Source of the DNA: a virus | Lineage: Duplodnaviria > Caudoviricetes | Reading direction: 5' to 3' (one strand) | DNA length: 25,057 nt | Virus record (IMG/VR): IMGVR_UViG_3300044709_000135 | Span: 1-25,057 of that record | Shown here: positions 16,748-24,412 of the stretch, in pieces | Layout: the number at the start of each line of letters is the position of its first letter | Numbering within the stretch: position 1 is the stretch's first letter | Translations under genes and position numbers: made by a program | The notes under the pieces: generated by a model | Seen by the model: only the letters and a program-made list of their open reading frames with translations | Databases searched by the model: none | What the model was told of the DNA's origin: nothing

Positions 16748-17020
16748 CGGGCGCGGCCTCCTGGACAAAAGATATGTGCGCCCGCGCGCGGCGTCGCCTG
16801 CGGTAATGTTGGATTCAGCTTTCGAATCGGCCTGCTACCACAGCGCCGAGCGAGGGCGAGAAACGGGGCGTCTTCTCACTAGGCGCTCCGTTTCGTTTCT
16901 ACAAAGCTCGTGTGGGTACTTACTGCGAGCCGCGCGCTTTTTCAAGCGAACAGTGAAAATATAAATGAACCGGTGCTTCGGACCCACACGGTCTCGAGCG
17001 GAGCAGCTGCCGGCGCCCGT

Positions 17021-17204
17021 TCAACCGTCCGACTTCAACGGGTCACGCGGTTCGTTCCACGCGTGGCCGCACTGCTGACACTCGTAGCGATCTTCGAGGC
17101 GGGAGAGGGCACCGAGCCGCAGGCCGGCGCGTTGGTGGCAGCTTGGGACAGCGACGCCACGCCGGCGCCGGCGATGGGGGTCGTCGTCGATCTGTGTCTG
17201 CCAT
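17021..17204 (-). pseudogene. Small zinc-ribbon gene interrupted by a 1-nt frameshift
   Basis: The ATG 17204 frame reads ...WRRCP, and the adjacent frame continues SCHQ...YECQQCGHAW. Removing one base at GGG 17145-47 gives CPSC...CQQC. Confidence 0.5.
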
Positions 17205-17207
17205 GAA

Positions 17208-17252
17208 GGTCCCGCGAGTGGTCCCGCCGCGCCAGCTTTTTCTGGTCCCGCC
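17208..17252 (+). repeat. Three GGTCCCGC direct repeats (putative integrase arm-type sites)
   Basis: GGTCCCGC at 17208, 17220 and 17244. A further TGGTCCCG lies at 17469-17476 on the other side of the core. Confidence 0.6.
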
Positions 17253-17292
17253 TGCGACGGGGCTGACAGACTGAAATCGTTGATTCTAGAGG

Positions 17293-17348
17293 TGGTGCGG
17301 AAGGGGGGATTCGAACCCCCACGCTCTTGCGAGCGCCAGCCCCTCAAG
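17293..17348 (-). tRNA. 3' half of tRNA-Leu(GAG) = att core (not a full tRNA)
   Basis: Minus strand C-TTGAGGG-GCTGG-CGCTCGCAAGAGCG-TGGGGGTTCGAATCCCCC-CTTCCGC-ACCA gives the anticodon loop, long variable arm, T arm and CCA. The 5' anticodon stem, D arm and 5' acceptor strand are absent. Confidence 0.9.
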
Positions 17349-17464
17349 ACGCTCGGCGATTGTGACCGAACTCGACGCGAATCAGCGCGTTACAGCGAAA
17401 CCCATCCCATATGAGCCGTCGCGATGATGGCTGAATTCCTTCGCGTTTTGTCGCCGTTGGAACG

Positions 17465-17734
17465 TCACTGGTCCCGTTTTTCGCTGGACCATCGCGCCTG
17501 CGCCGCATGGCGTGCCGACGCGCGTCGTTGCTCGTCAGTCAGATTCGCCGCGCGCATTTGGCCACCGACCGCGCCTCGCGCGGCCGCGACAGGATCGCCG
17601 TCAACGAGCGGATCGATCCGACCGTCCGCGTAGGCGCGCAGCAGGCCGAGGAGCACGTCGCGGAGGCGATCGCCGGCTTTGTCGCGGACGCGTCGCCAGA
17701 GCGCCGGGGGAATGCCGCGGAGGCGCCAGTCCAT
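17465..17734 (-). CDS. RHH-like regulator fused to a GG..RAA.LT.E.R...A..AA.ARW basic tail
   Basis: WRLRGIPPALWRRVRDKA...LRDVLLGLLRAYADG resembles the N-terminus of 12048..12422. Confidence 0.7.
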   Translation of the reverse strand: MDWRLRGIPPALWRRVRDKAGDRLRDVLLGLLRAYADGRIDPLVDGDPVAAARGAVGGQMRAANLTDEQRRASARHAAQARWSSEKRDQ

Positions 17735-18031
17735 TTAGTCCTCCGGCCGCGCGCGGCGCCACGCGACGAGCGCGCCCAAGCTCGCTGGATTCGGGTGGTA
17801 CCGCTTCGACAGGGAGAGCCAGCGACGAATCGATCGATCTGAGACGCCGATCTCGATCGCGGCCGATCGGATTGACACGGGATTCGCGCGGCCGGGTGCG
17901 CGGCTGGCGGTTGACGCATGGCGCGCGAAGAAGCGTCGCAGCGCGACGAGCTGCTTGCGCGCGGTCAACGTGGCGGTCTCCGGATGTCGCGGTTTCCCGC
18001 GCGGCCAATGACCTTTCGGTTTATTGGCCAT
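17735..18031 (-). CDS. HTH DNA-binding protein
   Basis: SIRSAAIEIGVSDRSIRRWL; basic N-terminus. Confidence 0.7.
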   Translation of the reverse strand: MANKPKGHWPRGKPRHPETATLTARKQLVALRRFFARHASTASRAPGRANPVSIRSAAIEIGVSDRSIRRWLSLSKRYHPNPASLGALVAWRRARPED

Positions 18032-18188
18032 GTCGTCCGTTCCCTGTCACGCGCTGGAACAAATCGATCGCCGCCCGCGTCGCGGCGAGGGCTGCCGCCA
18101 TCGCCTCGTCGTGAGCAATGAGCACATCCTCGTGCGCCTTGATCGCGTCACGCATGCGGCGCAGGTGTTGGCGATCTTCCGGGGTCAT
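18021..18188 (-). CDS. Small helical protein (55 aa), not in the ORF track
   Basis: AAGGAG RBS; MTPEDRQHLRRMRDAIKAHEDVLIAHDEAMAAALAATRAAIDLFQRVTGNGRHGQ. Confidence 0.7.
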   Translation of the reverse strand: MTPEDRQHLRRMRDAIKAHEDVLIAHDEAMAAALAATRAAIDLFQRVTGNGRHGQ

Positions 18189-18211
18189 TCTCAGCTCTCC
18201 TTGTGAGCTGG

Positions 18212-18436
18212 TTAGTGTCGATCGGTCGCCGAAAAGAGGCGCAACGCTTTCTCGGTTGCGGCGATCACGGCGTCGATCGCTTCCCCCTGCGCATGGTTGG
18301 CCGCGGCAATGGCCGTCAGTGCGTCGCGGAGGCCCGCCACGGTGTCGTCGAACGCGGTCGACGAGCGGCGCAACGCGATCTGCGCCGCGGAGAGATCTGC
18401 GAGGACGTCCTGCAGGCCGGGGGTGTTGTTAGTCAT
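18212..18436 (-). CDS. Small Ala-rich helical protein
   Basis: AAGGAG RBS; first gene after the promoter at 18499-18528. Confidence 0.75.
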   Translation of the reverse strand: MTNNTPGLQDVLADLSAAQIALRRSSTAFDDTVAGLRDALTAIAAANHAQGEAIDAVIAATEKALRLFSATDRH

Positions 18437-18498
18437 AACTCTCAGCTTCTCCTTGTTGGAAGCTGGCGGCGGGCGGGAGGCCCGCGACCGATGTGCAG

Positions 18499-18528
18499 AT
18501 CATAATGCGTAGCGGCTACGCATGTCAA
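18499..18528 (-). promoter_or_regulatory. Sigma70 promoter with palindromic operator
   Basis: TTGACA-18-TATGAT, with the ATGCGTAGC-N-GCTACGCAT palindrome at 18505-18523. The -35 overlaps the integrase stop codon. Confidence 0.75.
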
Positions 18529-19700
18529 GCGGTCAGTTTCGGTCGATGTTTGCTGAAGCGCCGCCAAGGCTGCGTGACGGCGGCCGCGATCGGCAGCAGC
18601 GCCGACAGCCGCTCGAGCGGCCCGAGCTCGTGGACCGGCCGCAGGTGCGTGTAGCCCTGCGTCGTCGCGATGTCGCGCTGGGCGAGCAGCGACGCACGCA
18701 GCGGCTCGGACAATCCCTCCATCTCGGCGAAGAACGTCGCGACCGCGTGCCGGATCGCGTGGAAGGTCACGCCGCCGCGGCGCATGCCGTACGTGAGGCC
18801 TGCGCGCTTCGCTGCGGCCGCGACGCCGGCGCGCACCGATCGCACGCGGCGGCCGCGGTAGCTGACGACGTAGCGGCCGCGGTTCCGCCGGCGGGCATCC
18901 TGGAGGATCTCCCGGAGCTGCTCGGTGACCATCGCGACGATCGGTTCCTGCGTCTCGGCGTCGGTCTTGTGATCGGAGACGGTGATGCGCGTCAGCCCCG
19001 CATCGAGATGGAGCGCCCACTCGAGCGCGAGCACGTTCTCGAGCCGGAGCTTCGGCGCGAGCGCCGCGATCGCGAGCGCCAGGCGGACGTGATAGCTCGC
19101 GACGGTCATCCACTCGAGCATCTGCGCCGGCGTCAGGTCGACGTTCCGCCGCACGCGGCGATCGCGCGGGACGCCGACCATCGGGTTCTGCGGATTGCCG
19201 GTGATCTTTCGGTAGCGCGGCACCTGGGCGACGCGGTACATGCCCGAGATCGTCGAGCGGTAATGATTGCGTGTCGAGCCGGCGACGCCGCGCGCAACCA
19301 TCCAGTCCTCGAACTCGTCGAGCAGCTCCGGCCGCTCGATCGGATCCCACAGCTTCAGATCGTGATAGGGCTCGCCGGCGACGACCTTCGCGGGATCGCT
19401 CGGCCGACGTCCCCAGAACCGCAACACGACTCTGATTAGGTCGTCGACGCGATCAGGACGCTTCACTTTCTTCCGCGTCGTTTCGTACTCGTAGTAGACG
19501 CCGGCCCATTCTTGGAAATAGGGCGCGTCACGCGCGTCGAAGATGCCGGCGCCCTGCCGGCGCAGTTTCGCCTTGAGGTCCGCCTCGAAGGCCTCTGCGT
19601 CTTCCTGCGTGAGCTGGCCGGTGCTGCCTTTGTACTGTTTCCCGCGGAACTGAAACTTGTACGTCCAGGCCTGCCGGTCCTTCTGTTTGTAGACGCTCAC
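18525..19700 (-). CDS. int: Tyrosine recombinase / phage integrase
   Basis: N-terminal arm-binding-like W.YKFQFRGKQY..STG; catalytic R (KLRLEN), K (HKT), HAIRH and Y (TTQGYTH). The likely start is GTG 19700. Confidence 0.92.
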   Translation of the reverse strand: MSVYKQKDRQAWTYKFQFRGKQYKGSTGQLTQEDAEAFEADLKAKLRRQGAGIFDARDAPYFQEWAGVYYEYETTRKKVKRPDRVDDLIRVVLRFWGRRPSDPAKVVAGEPYHDLKLWDPIERPELLDEFEDWMVARGVAGSTRNHYRSTISGMYRVAQVPRYRKITGNPQNPMVGVPRDRRVRRNVDLTPAQMLEWMTVASYHVRLALAIAALAPKLRLENVLALEWALHLDAGLTRITVSDHKTDAETQEPIVAMVTEQLREILQDARRRNRGRYVVSYRGRRVRSVRAGVAAAAKRAGLTYGMRRGGVTFHAIRHAVATFFAEMEGLSEPLRASLLAQRDIATTQGYTHLRPVHELGPLERLSALLPIAAAVTQPWRRFSKHRPKLTA

Positions 19701-20119
19701 CGAACGAGACTCACAAAATCGCGCGGCGGCCGCGGCGGATCGTCGCGGTTGCAGTCGGGGCAGGGCTCGCCGGCGCCGGCGCACTGGTCATCGTGATGGG
19801 CTGGCCGATGGCGATGCGTTTCGCAGACCCAGTACTCGCCGCCGCAACGGGCACAGATCCAGCCGTCGAGCTCGAGGACTGCGCGAAGGCCGTCCGCGTC
19901 GGCAAGCGCGAGCCCGCGCGCGGCGTACCGCCGGCCGGACGCGAATTCGCCGTTGACGAAGACCTGGAGCTCCGCGCCGGCGGCGCCGCCGGCGTCGCGG
20001 AGTTCGGCGCGCCGTGACTGGTCGCCACGCGTCAGCGTCCATAGATATTCGCCGGGCTTCGGCTGACGCGGCGGCGGCGGCGGTTTGTTCGGCGCGTAGA
20101 AGGGCAGCTCGTCGCTCAT
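19697..20119 (-). CDS. Hypothetical protein with a Cys/His-rich C-terminus
   Basis: Likely start MSDELPFY (ATG 20119); CARC...CETH...C.GAGEPCPDC. Its stop overlaps the int start (GTGA). Confidence 0.7.
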   Translation of the reverse strand: MSDELPFYAPNKPPPPPRQPKPGEYLWTLTRGDQSRRAELRDAGGAAGAELQVFVNGEFASGRRYAARGLALADADGLRAVLELDGWICARCGGEYWVCETHRHRPAHHDDQCAGAGEPCPDCNRDDPPRPPRDFVSLVR

Positions 20120-20132
20120 CGGACAAAAACGT

Positions 20133-20879
20133 CTATTTTGCGCCTGACTCTCCGCCGAGCTTCGAACCGTCGGCAAACAGGATCTCGTCGGGCAGCCAGA
20201 CAATTTTCATGTTGTCGAGCGACGCGTTTCGGAGCGCCTGATGCGTTCCGATGAACTGGTTGTATTTGATCGCGCCTTCCCACGTGGACTTCTGACCGGC
20301 GCCGATCGGATCGGAGATCGTGAGATGCGTCGTGAAGATCTCCTTGCCAAACAGGTCCGTGAATTGAACGCTGCCCGTGAACGCGCGAACGTCTCGGCCG
20401 GATTTGTTCTCGTACGCGCACTTGAGCGTGATGTAGTCCTCGAATCGACCGCCAATGGGATTCGACGGCGTGAATCCTTTATCGAAGACAGTTAAGGCAA
20501 TCGCTTCGCGCATCTGCGCGGCCATCGCGTCGGCCTTCGCCTTCGCCTCGGCGGCCAGCCGTTTCTGTTCTTCTTCCTTCGCCTTCGCGTCGGTTTGGAG
20601 CTTTCGTTCCTCGGCGATGACCTCACCGACAGTCTTTCCAACAATCGGTGGTTCGGTGGTCTTGAGCGCGGCCGCGGCCGCGCGGCGCATCTGAAACGAG
20701 GTGAGCAGGCCGAATTCTTCCAGCGTCAGACCCTTGGTGTCTTTCAACTGCTCCATAAACGAGTCTTTGTTTTGATCCGTGATCTTCAGCTTGTGCGGAT
20801 CCTTCGAGCAGCCGACGCCAGGCAGCATGAGCACGACGACGAAGGTGGTGCAGCGAAGCGAGGCGCTGACGTTCTTCAT
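20133..20879 (-). CDS. Lipoprotein (possible superinfection-exclusion factor)
   Basis: Hydrophobic signal ending GVG-C, a coiled-coil stalk and a beta-rich C-domain (F.DLFG..., Y.QF). It lies in the cI-direction operon. The function is inferred. Confidence 0.7.
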   Translation of the reverse strand: MKNVSASLRCTTFVVVLMLPGVGCSKDPHKLKITDQNKDSFMEQLKDTKGLTLEEFGLLTSFQMRRAAAAALKTTEPPIVGKTVGEVIAEERKLQTDAKAKEEEQKRLAAEAKAKADAMAAQMREAIALTVFDKGFTPSNPIGGRFEDYITLKCAYENKSGRDVRAFTGSVQFTDLFGKEIFTTHLTISDPIGAGQKSTWEGAIKYNQFIGTHQALRNASLDNMKIVWLPDEILFADGSKLGGESGAK

Positions 20880-21034
20880 ACGTGCAACCCTTCATTTCTG
20901 AGAACTTCGTCGACGATGTCTTCGATGACTTTCAGGACTCGCGGACGGACGCCAGCGAGGATCTGCAGCTTGTCACCGAGCGATCGCGATCGCCGTCGCC
21001 GCCGCCGGAACCACCACAGATAGAACTTCGCCAC
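20876..21034 (-). CDS. Small basic protein (52 aa), not in the ORF track
   Basis: AGGAG lies 8 nt before the GTG. MAKFYLWWFRRRRRRSRSLGDKLQILAGVRPRVLKVIEDIVDEVLRNEGLHV; the stop overlaps the lipoprotein ATG. Confidence 0.6.
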   Translation of the reverse strand: MAKFYLWWFRRRRRRSRSLGDKLQILAGVRPRVLKVIEDIVDEVLRNEGLHV

Positions 21035-21196
21035 CGCGAGGGCTCCTGCTGGGGGAAGCGTGGAGAGATCGCGCGACCGACACCGTCCGATTGTGACGTG
21101 AGCGTCATGACTCTACCGTCCAGCAGCGCGTCCGTTCAACCGCTGTCTTTGTAAGTGCACGAACTTTCATCGAGTGTCGCAGGTGGTTGTCCTACG

Positions 21197-21580
21197 TCAC
21201 GCGCTGCGTTTGCTTACCTTCGATTTCCGCGGCTGAAGTTCGGCGATCAGCGTTCGCAAGCTGTCGCGCCCGCGCGGCGTGAGCTTGCTCCACTCGTCGA
21301 GCAGCTCGCGTTCGGCTGCTGTCAACAATTGCGTCCGATCTTTGCCGTAGAGCGATTCGATCATCTCAGCGACGTCCGCCTTTCCCGCTGCGCGCAGAAC
21401 CGCCGACGGCGATTCGCCAGACACCCGCGCCAACCGTAGGCAGTTCGTGACGTTGAAGGGAAAGTCATTGGCCTTCAACGCGCGGCTCAACCGCGACGCA
21501 TCAATGTCCATCGCTTCCGCGAACGCTTTCTTCGACGGGAAGCGACTAACGGCTTTATTTAGCAGCTCAGTGAAGTCCAC
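21197..21580 (-). CDS. CI-like immunity repressor (Xre HTH, no peptidase domain)
   Basis: SKKAFAEAMDIDASRLSRAL HTH and LTAAERELLDEW..L C-terminus; divergent from the cro-like gene. Confidence 0.8.
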   Translation of the reverse strand: MDFTELLNKAVSRFPSKKAFAEAMDIDASRLSRALKANDFPFNVTNCLRLARVSGESPSAVLRAAGKADVAEMIESLYGKDRTQLLTAAERELLDEWSKLTPRGRDSLRTLIAELQPRKSKVSKRSA

Positions 21581-21694
21581 GCTGGCTCGAACATATGGAG
21601 CCGCTGGACTTGCTGCAAATCAGTACTGGACGGGATTGAATCCGTTCCAGTCATTCTTGACTGTACATCCAGATCAGGCGTATCGTCACCCCTC
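21581..21694. promoter_or_regulatory. Divergent immunity switch region
   Basis: Leftward TTGCAG-17-TATGTT (21618-21590) and rightward TTGACT-18-TATCGT (21657-21686). Imperfect inverted repeat at 21625-21651, with recurrent CTGGA/TCCAG. Confidence 0.6.
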
Positions 21695-21985
21695 ATGGGA
21701 GCAAAACCTGCGCGGATTGACAGTGCGTCCAGTGGCAGCGCGGAACTCGATCGCCTCGAGGCCATCCGCCTCGACCAGGATTGGTCGTACCGCGAGCTCG
21801 CCGCCGATATGCGCCGCGCGCGGATTGTCGTCTCCGACAAAACACTGCAATCGCTCCTAAGGTACCGGCCGAAACGGCCGTACGACCGAACGCTGCACAA
21901 GATTCGCAAGTACCTCGCGGCGTTCGCAGAGCTGCACCCCCCGCAAACGACGACCTCGTCGTCGAAGCGGCGCGTCCACGCGTGA
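21695..21985 (+). CDS. Cro-like HTH protein
   Basis: LEAIRLDQDWSYRELAADM.....SDKTLQSLL; first rightward early gene. Confidence 0.75.
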   Translation: MGAKPARIDSASSGSAELDRLEAIRLDQDWSYRELAADMRRARIVVSDKTLQSLLRYRPKRPYDRTLHKIRKYLAAFAELHPPQTTTSSSKRRVHA

Positions 21986-22005
21986 CTTCCCAAAGGTCCG
22001 AACCC

Positions 22006-22458
22006 ATGGCGAACCACGGCACCAATGTCCGTCGAGCGAGTGTGGAAACCGAAGGCGCGCGACACGACGAGCGTTTTGTTGACGATGATGAGGGGGAACT
22101 CGATGGCGCAACGGTTGCCGGCAGTTTCCAAGACGTCGACAAACGGGTCGCGGTCCGCATTTGGTACGACGTGACTGCGGCGATCGACGACAAGGAACTC
22201 GCGTACGACTGCGGGCTGAGCCGCAGCTACTACTCGAAGATCGCCAGTGGGGAACAAGGTGATCTGCTCGGCCTCGTCTACCGCGTTGGGAAGAAGCGTC
22301 CCGAGCTGCGACGTGAGTTCTTTGTGCGACTCGCCGAGCACGAAGGCGTCGATCCGGTGAGCGCGGCCGCCGAACAAATGGTCGTGGCGGCGCTGCGGTT
22401 TCTGCGATTGCGCGGCCTCCGGGTCGTGAAATCGCGCATGGCGAAGGCGGCGCTGTGA
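22006..22458 (+). CDS. CII-like HTH protein
   Basis: Likely start ATG 22006; DKELAYDCGLSRSYYSKIASG. It follows cro and ends RMAKAAL. Confidence 0.6.
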   Translation: MANHGTNVRRASVETEGARHDERFVDDDEGELDGATVAGSFQDVDKRVAVRIWYDVTAAIDDKELAYDCGLSRSYYSKIASGEQGDLLGLVYRVGKKRPELRREFFVRLAEHEGVDPVSAAAEQMVVAALRFLRLRGLRVVKSRMAKAAL

Positions 22459-22754
22459 TGGCAGACACGAATCGGCTACTCACGCTGAAGGAGATCGAGG
22501 CCGAGAGCGGCATTGATCGCGTCACGCTCTATCGACTCATCGCCGCCGGCGATCTCGCCTGCGTGCGAATCCAGCTCGGACCAGGCGCGAAGCGGAAGAC
22601 GCGCGGGCACATTCGCGTCAAGCGATCGGACTGGGACGACTGGGTCGAACGGCATCGGACGCCGGCGACCCGTGCGCAGACGGCGCCGGCGAAGCGGCCG
22701 ACACGCGCGGACACCGTCCTCGAGCTGCCGGGCGCCGGGCGGTACGTGTCATGA
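22458..22754 (+). CDS. Excisionase / AlpA-like winged-helix protein
   Basis: LLTLKEIEAESGIDRVTLYRLIAAGDL...IRVKRSDWDDWVE; TGATG coupling. Confidence 0.8.
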   Translation: MADTNRLLTLKEIEAESGIDRVTLYRLIAAGDLACVRIQLGPGAKRKTRGHIRVKRSDWDDWVERHRTPATRAQTAPAKRPTRADTVLELPGAGRYVS

Positions 22755-23101
22755 GCGCGACGACGTCGGATCCCACGCGTGGCTGGCCTGACACGTGTTC
22801 GTTCTGCTCGGCGCCGGCGCTGTCGTCGTTCTATTGCGGCGCGCTGTGCGCTGACCACTACCGAACGTTCTTCGCCATGCACGACGCGCTGAACAGGGTC
22901 AACGAGATCTCGGCGCCGGCCTTGGTGGTCGCACTCCAACAGATCAGGCTCGCGCCGCTGTCCCACGGAGACGAGGCGATCGCAGAGATTCTACGGATCG
23001 CCGACGAGGCCATCGCCGCCGCAGAGATCGCTGCGGCTTCGCGTGAAGGCGGACGAAGCACAGAGAACGGTGCGCCGGTCCAACCGGAGGGGTTGGTGTG
23101 A
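22751..23101 (+). CDS. Hypothetical early protein (CxxC...C..C..H)
   Basis: ATGA coupling; CSFC...YCGALCADH. Confidence 0.6.
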   Translation: MSATTSDPTRGWPDTCSFCSAPALSSFYCGALCADHYRTFFAMHDALNRVNEISAPALVVALQQIRLAPLSHGDEAIAEILRIADEAIAAAEIAAASREGGRSTENGAPVQPEGLV

Positions 23102-23379
23102 TGCCAGCCGTCCGCTCCAATCTGGTGTTGGTGTCGCCGGATCCCGCGCACGAACTCCGCGAGATCGACGCCGCGATCGATCGCGTCGTCGACGAACATT
23201 TCGCCGCGACGGGCAAACCGCGGTTCCACGGCGGCCGCTGTGGACGGATTGATCTTCATCACCAGCTCGTCGCGCTGCACGCGCGCAAACAGGAGTTGAC
23301 GGCGCAGATCGCCGAACGGGCGAAGCGCTCTCAGAAGGCTTCTGAGAGTTCTGAGAAGGTAGCGACGCGCGCCGGCTAG
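23101..23379 (+). CDS. Hypothetical early protein
   Basis: TGATG coupling, GGAGG upstream. Confidence 0.6.
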   Translation: MPAVRSNLVLVSPDPAHELREIDAAIDRVVDEHFAATGKPRFHGGRCGRIDLHHQLVALHARKQELTAQIAERAKRSQKASESSEKVATRAG

Positions 23380-23485
23380 CGCGCAGGAAACGACAACGCC
23401 GCGGCCGCGAGCAGGAAGATTCAAAACACCCGCGGCCACGGCAGCGACCCCCCAGGGACTCGGGAACTTGTGAGGAAGCCGAGCC

Positions 23486-23860
23486 ATGAGGCGCAAGCCG
23501 ATTTTAGTCGAAGCGCAGTGGTTTACGACGGCGGATCTCGCGCGCGCGATCGAACGATCGCCGCGCGGCGCGACGTGGATCGCCGATCAGGAGAAGCTGA
23601 CATGCGCGCGCACGCCAGCGAGGCAACGCCTCTATTGGAAGGACGACGTGCTGCGCCTGGTCAAGCGCCGGACCGAGGCGCGGCTCAGGAACGTGCGCGC
23701 GCTGCGGCCGCGACGGTACGGCGTGCCCGGCGAACCGCGCCAGCTCTCGTTCTGGGGACCGCGCCGAGTCGAGCCCGTGCGTGGACCAGACGCAGATTTC
23801 ACTACCGGACTCGGAAGTACATCACGCGGATTCGTTCCGGAAAAGGAGCGGGTCCGATAA
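23486..23860 (+). CDS. MerR/Xis-like HTH protein
   Basis: FTTADLARAIERSPR...RTPARQRLYWKDDVLRL. Confidence 0.7.
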   Translation: MRRKPILVEAQWFTTADLARAIERSPRGATWIADQEKLTCARTPARQRLYWKDDVLRLVKRRTEARLRNVRALRPRRYGVPGEPRQLSFWGPRRVEPVRGPDADFTTGLGSTSRGFVPEKERVR

Positions 23861-24061
23861 CGGGTCTTTGGTTAACCCGGCTCACCGAAAGGAGGCGCCC
23901 CGACGCAGAACTTTGGCTGGGAGAACGAGTGTCGAGCGGGAGGCCGCGCAAGCGGCAACGCAACGCGGCCTCCCGGCGTGGGGGTGATCACGGACCTCAA
24001 CCGCGAGGAGGCAGTCGAGCCCGCGCCACGGTTCCGAGTGTAGCAGAGGAGCCATCTCAAC

Positions 24062-24412
24062 ATGCCGACAGAGAAACCGTGTTGTCAGACCGGCCCGAAG
24101 TGGATCGTCGAACGGCTGAAGGATAAGCACGCACTCGCGCCACTGACCGGGCAGGACTGGCGCGCGCTGACGGCGTTCTTTCACGCCGTCGCGCTCTACG
24201 GCAATTCCGACGGCGACGGCCGCCGGTCGGCGTTGCTGGCGATGGCGTACCTCGTGCGCGCGATGCAGCCGTCGACGCGCCATCTGGCGAAAGCGGGCAT
24301 TCCCCACGTGCTCGACTGGAGTCACGAAGACGAGATCTGGCGCCAGCTCGAGACGCTCGATTCCGATGCGCTCGAGGACGCGCTCAACGTTCTCGGAGGC
24401 CCGGCGTTGTGA
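24062..24412 (+). CDS. Hypothetical protein
   Basis: GAGGAG RBS, natural amino acid composition. Confidence 0.7.
   Translation: MPTEKPCCQTGPKWIVERLKDKHALAPLTGQDWRALTAFFHAVALYGNSDGDGRRSALLAMAYLVRAMQPSTRHLAKAGIPHVLDWSHEDEIWRQLETLDSDALEDALNVLGGPAL

Noticed and set aside
17293-17380. Intact tRNA-Leu gene
   Set aside because: The sequence 5' of the anticodon loop cannot form the anticodon stem (GCGTC vs the required CCAGC), the D arm or the acceptor stem. It is an att core only.
19701-19784. N-terminal extension of the integrase in the ORF track (also the extended starts at 9220, 10870, 14735, 16768, 20203 and 21781)
   Set aside because: Downstream starts with stop/start overlaps or clear SD sequences fit better. 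The extensions mostly overlap neighbouring genes.
23866-23930. c-di-GMP-I (GEMM) riboswitch suggested by GAAA...GACGCA
   Set aside because: Spacing and stem pairing do not fit the consensus as I recall it, and there is no clear second hairpin. An Infernal search would be needed.
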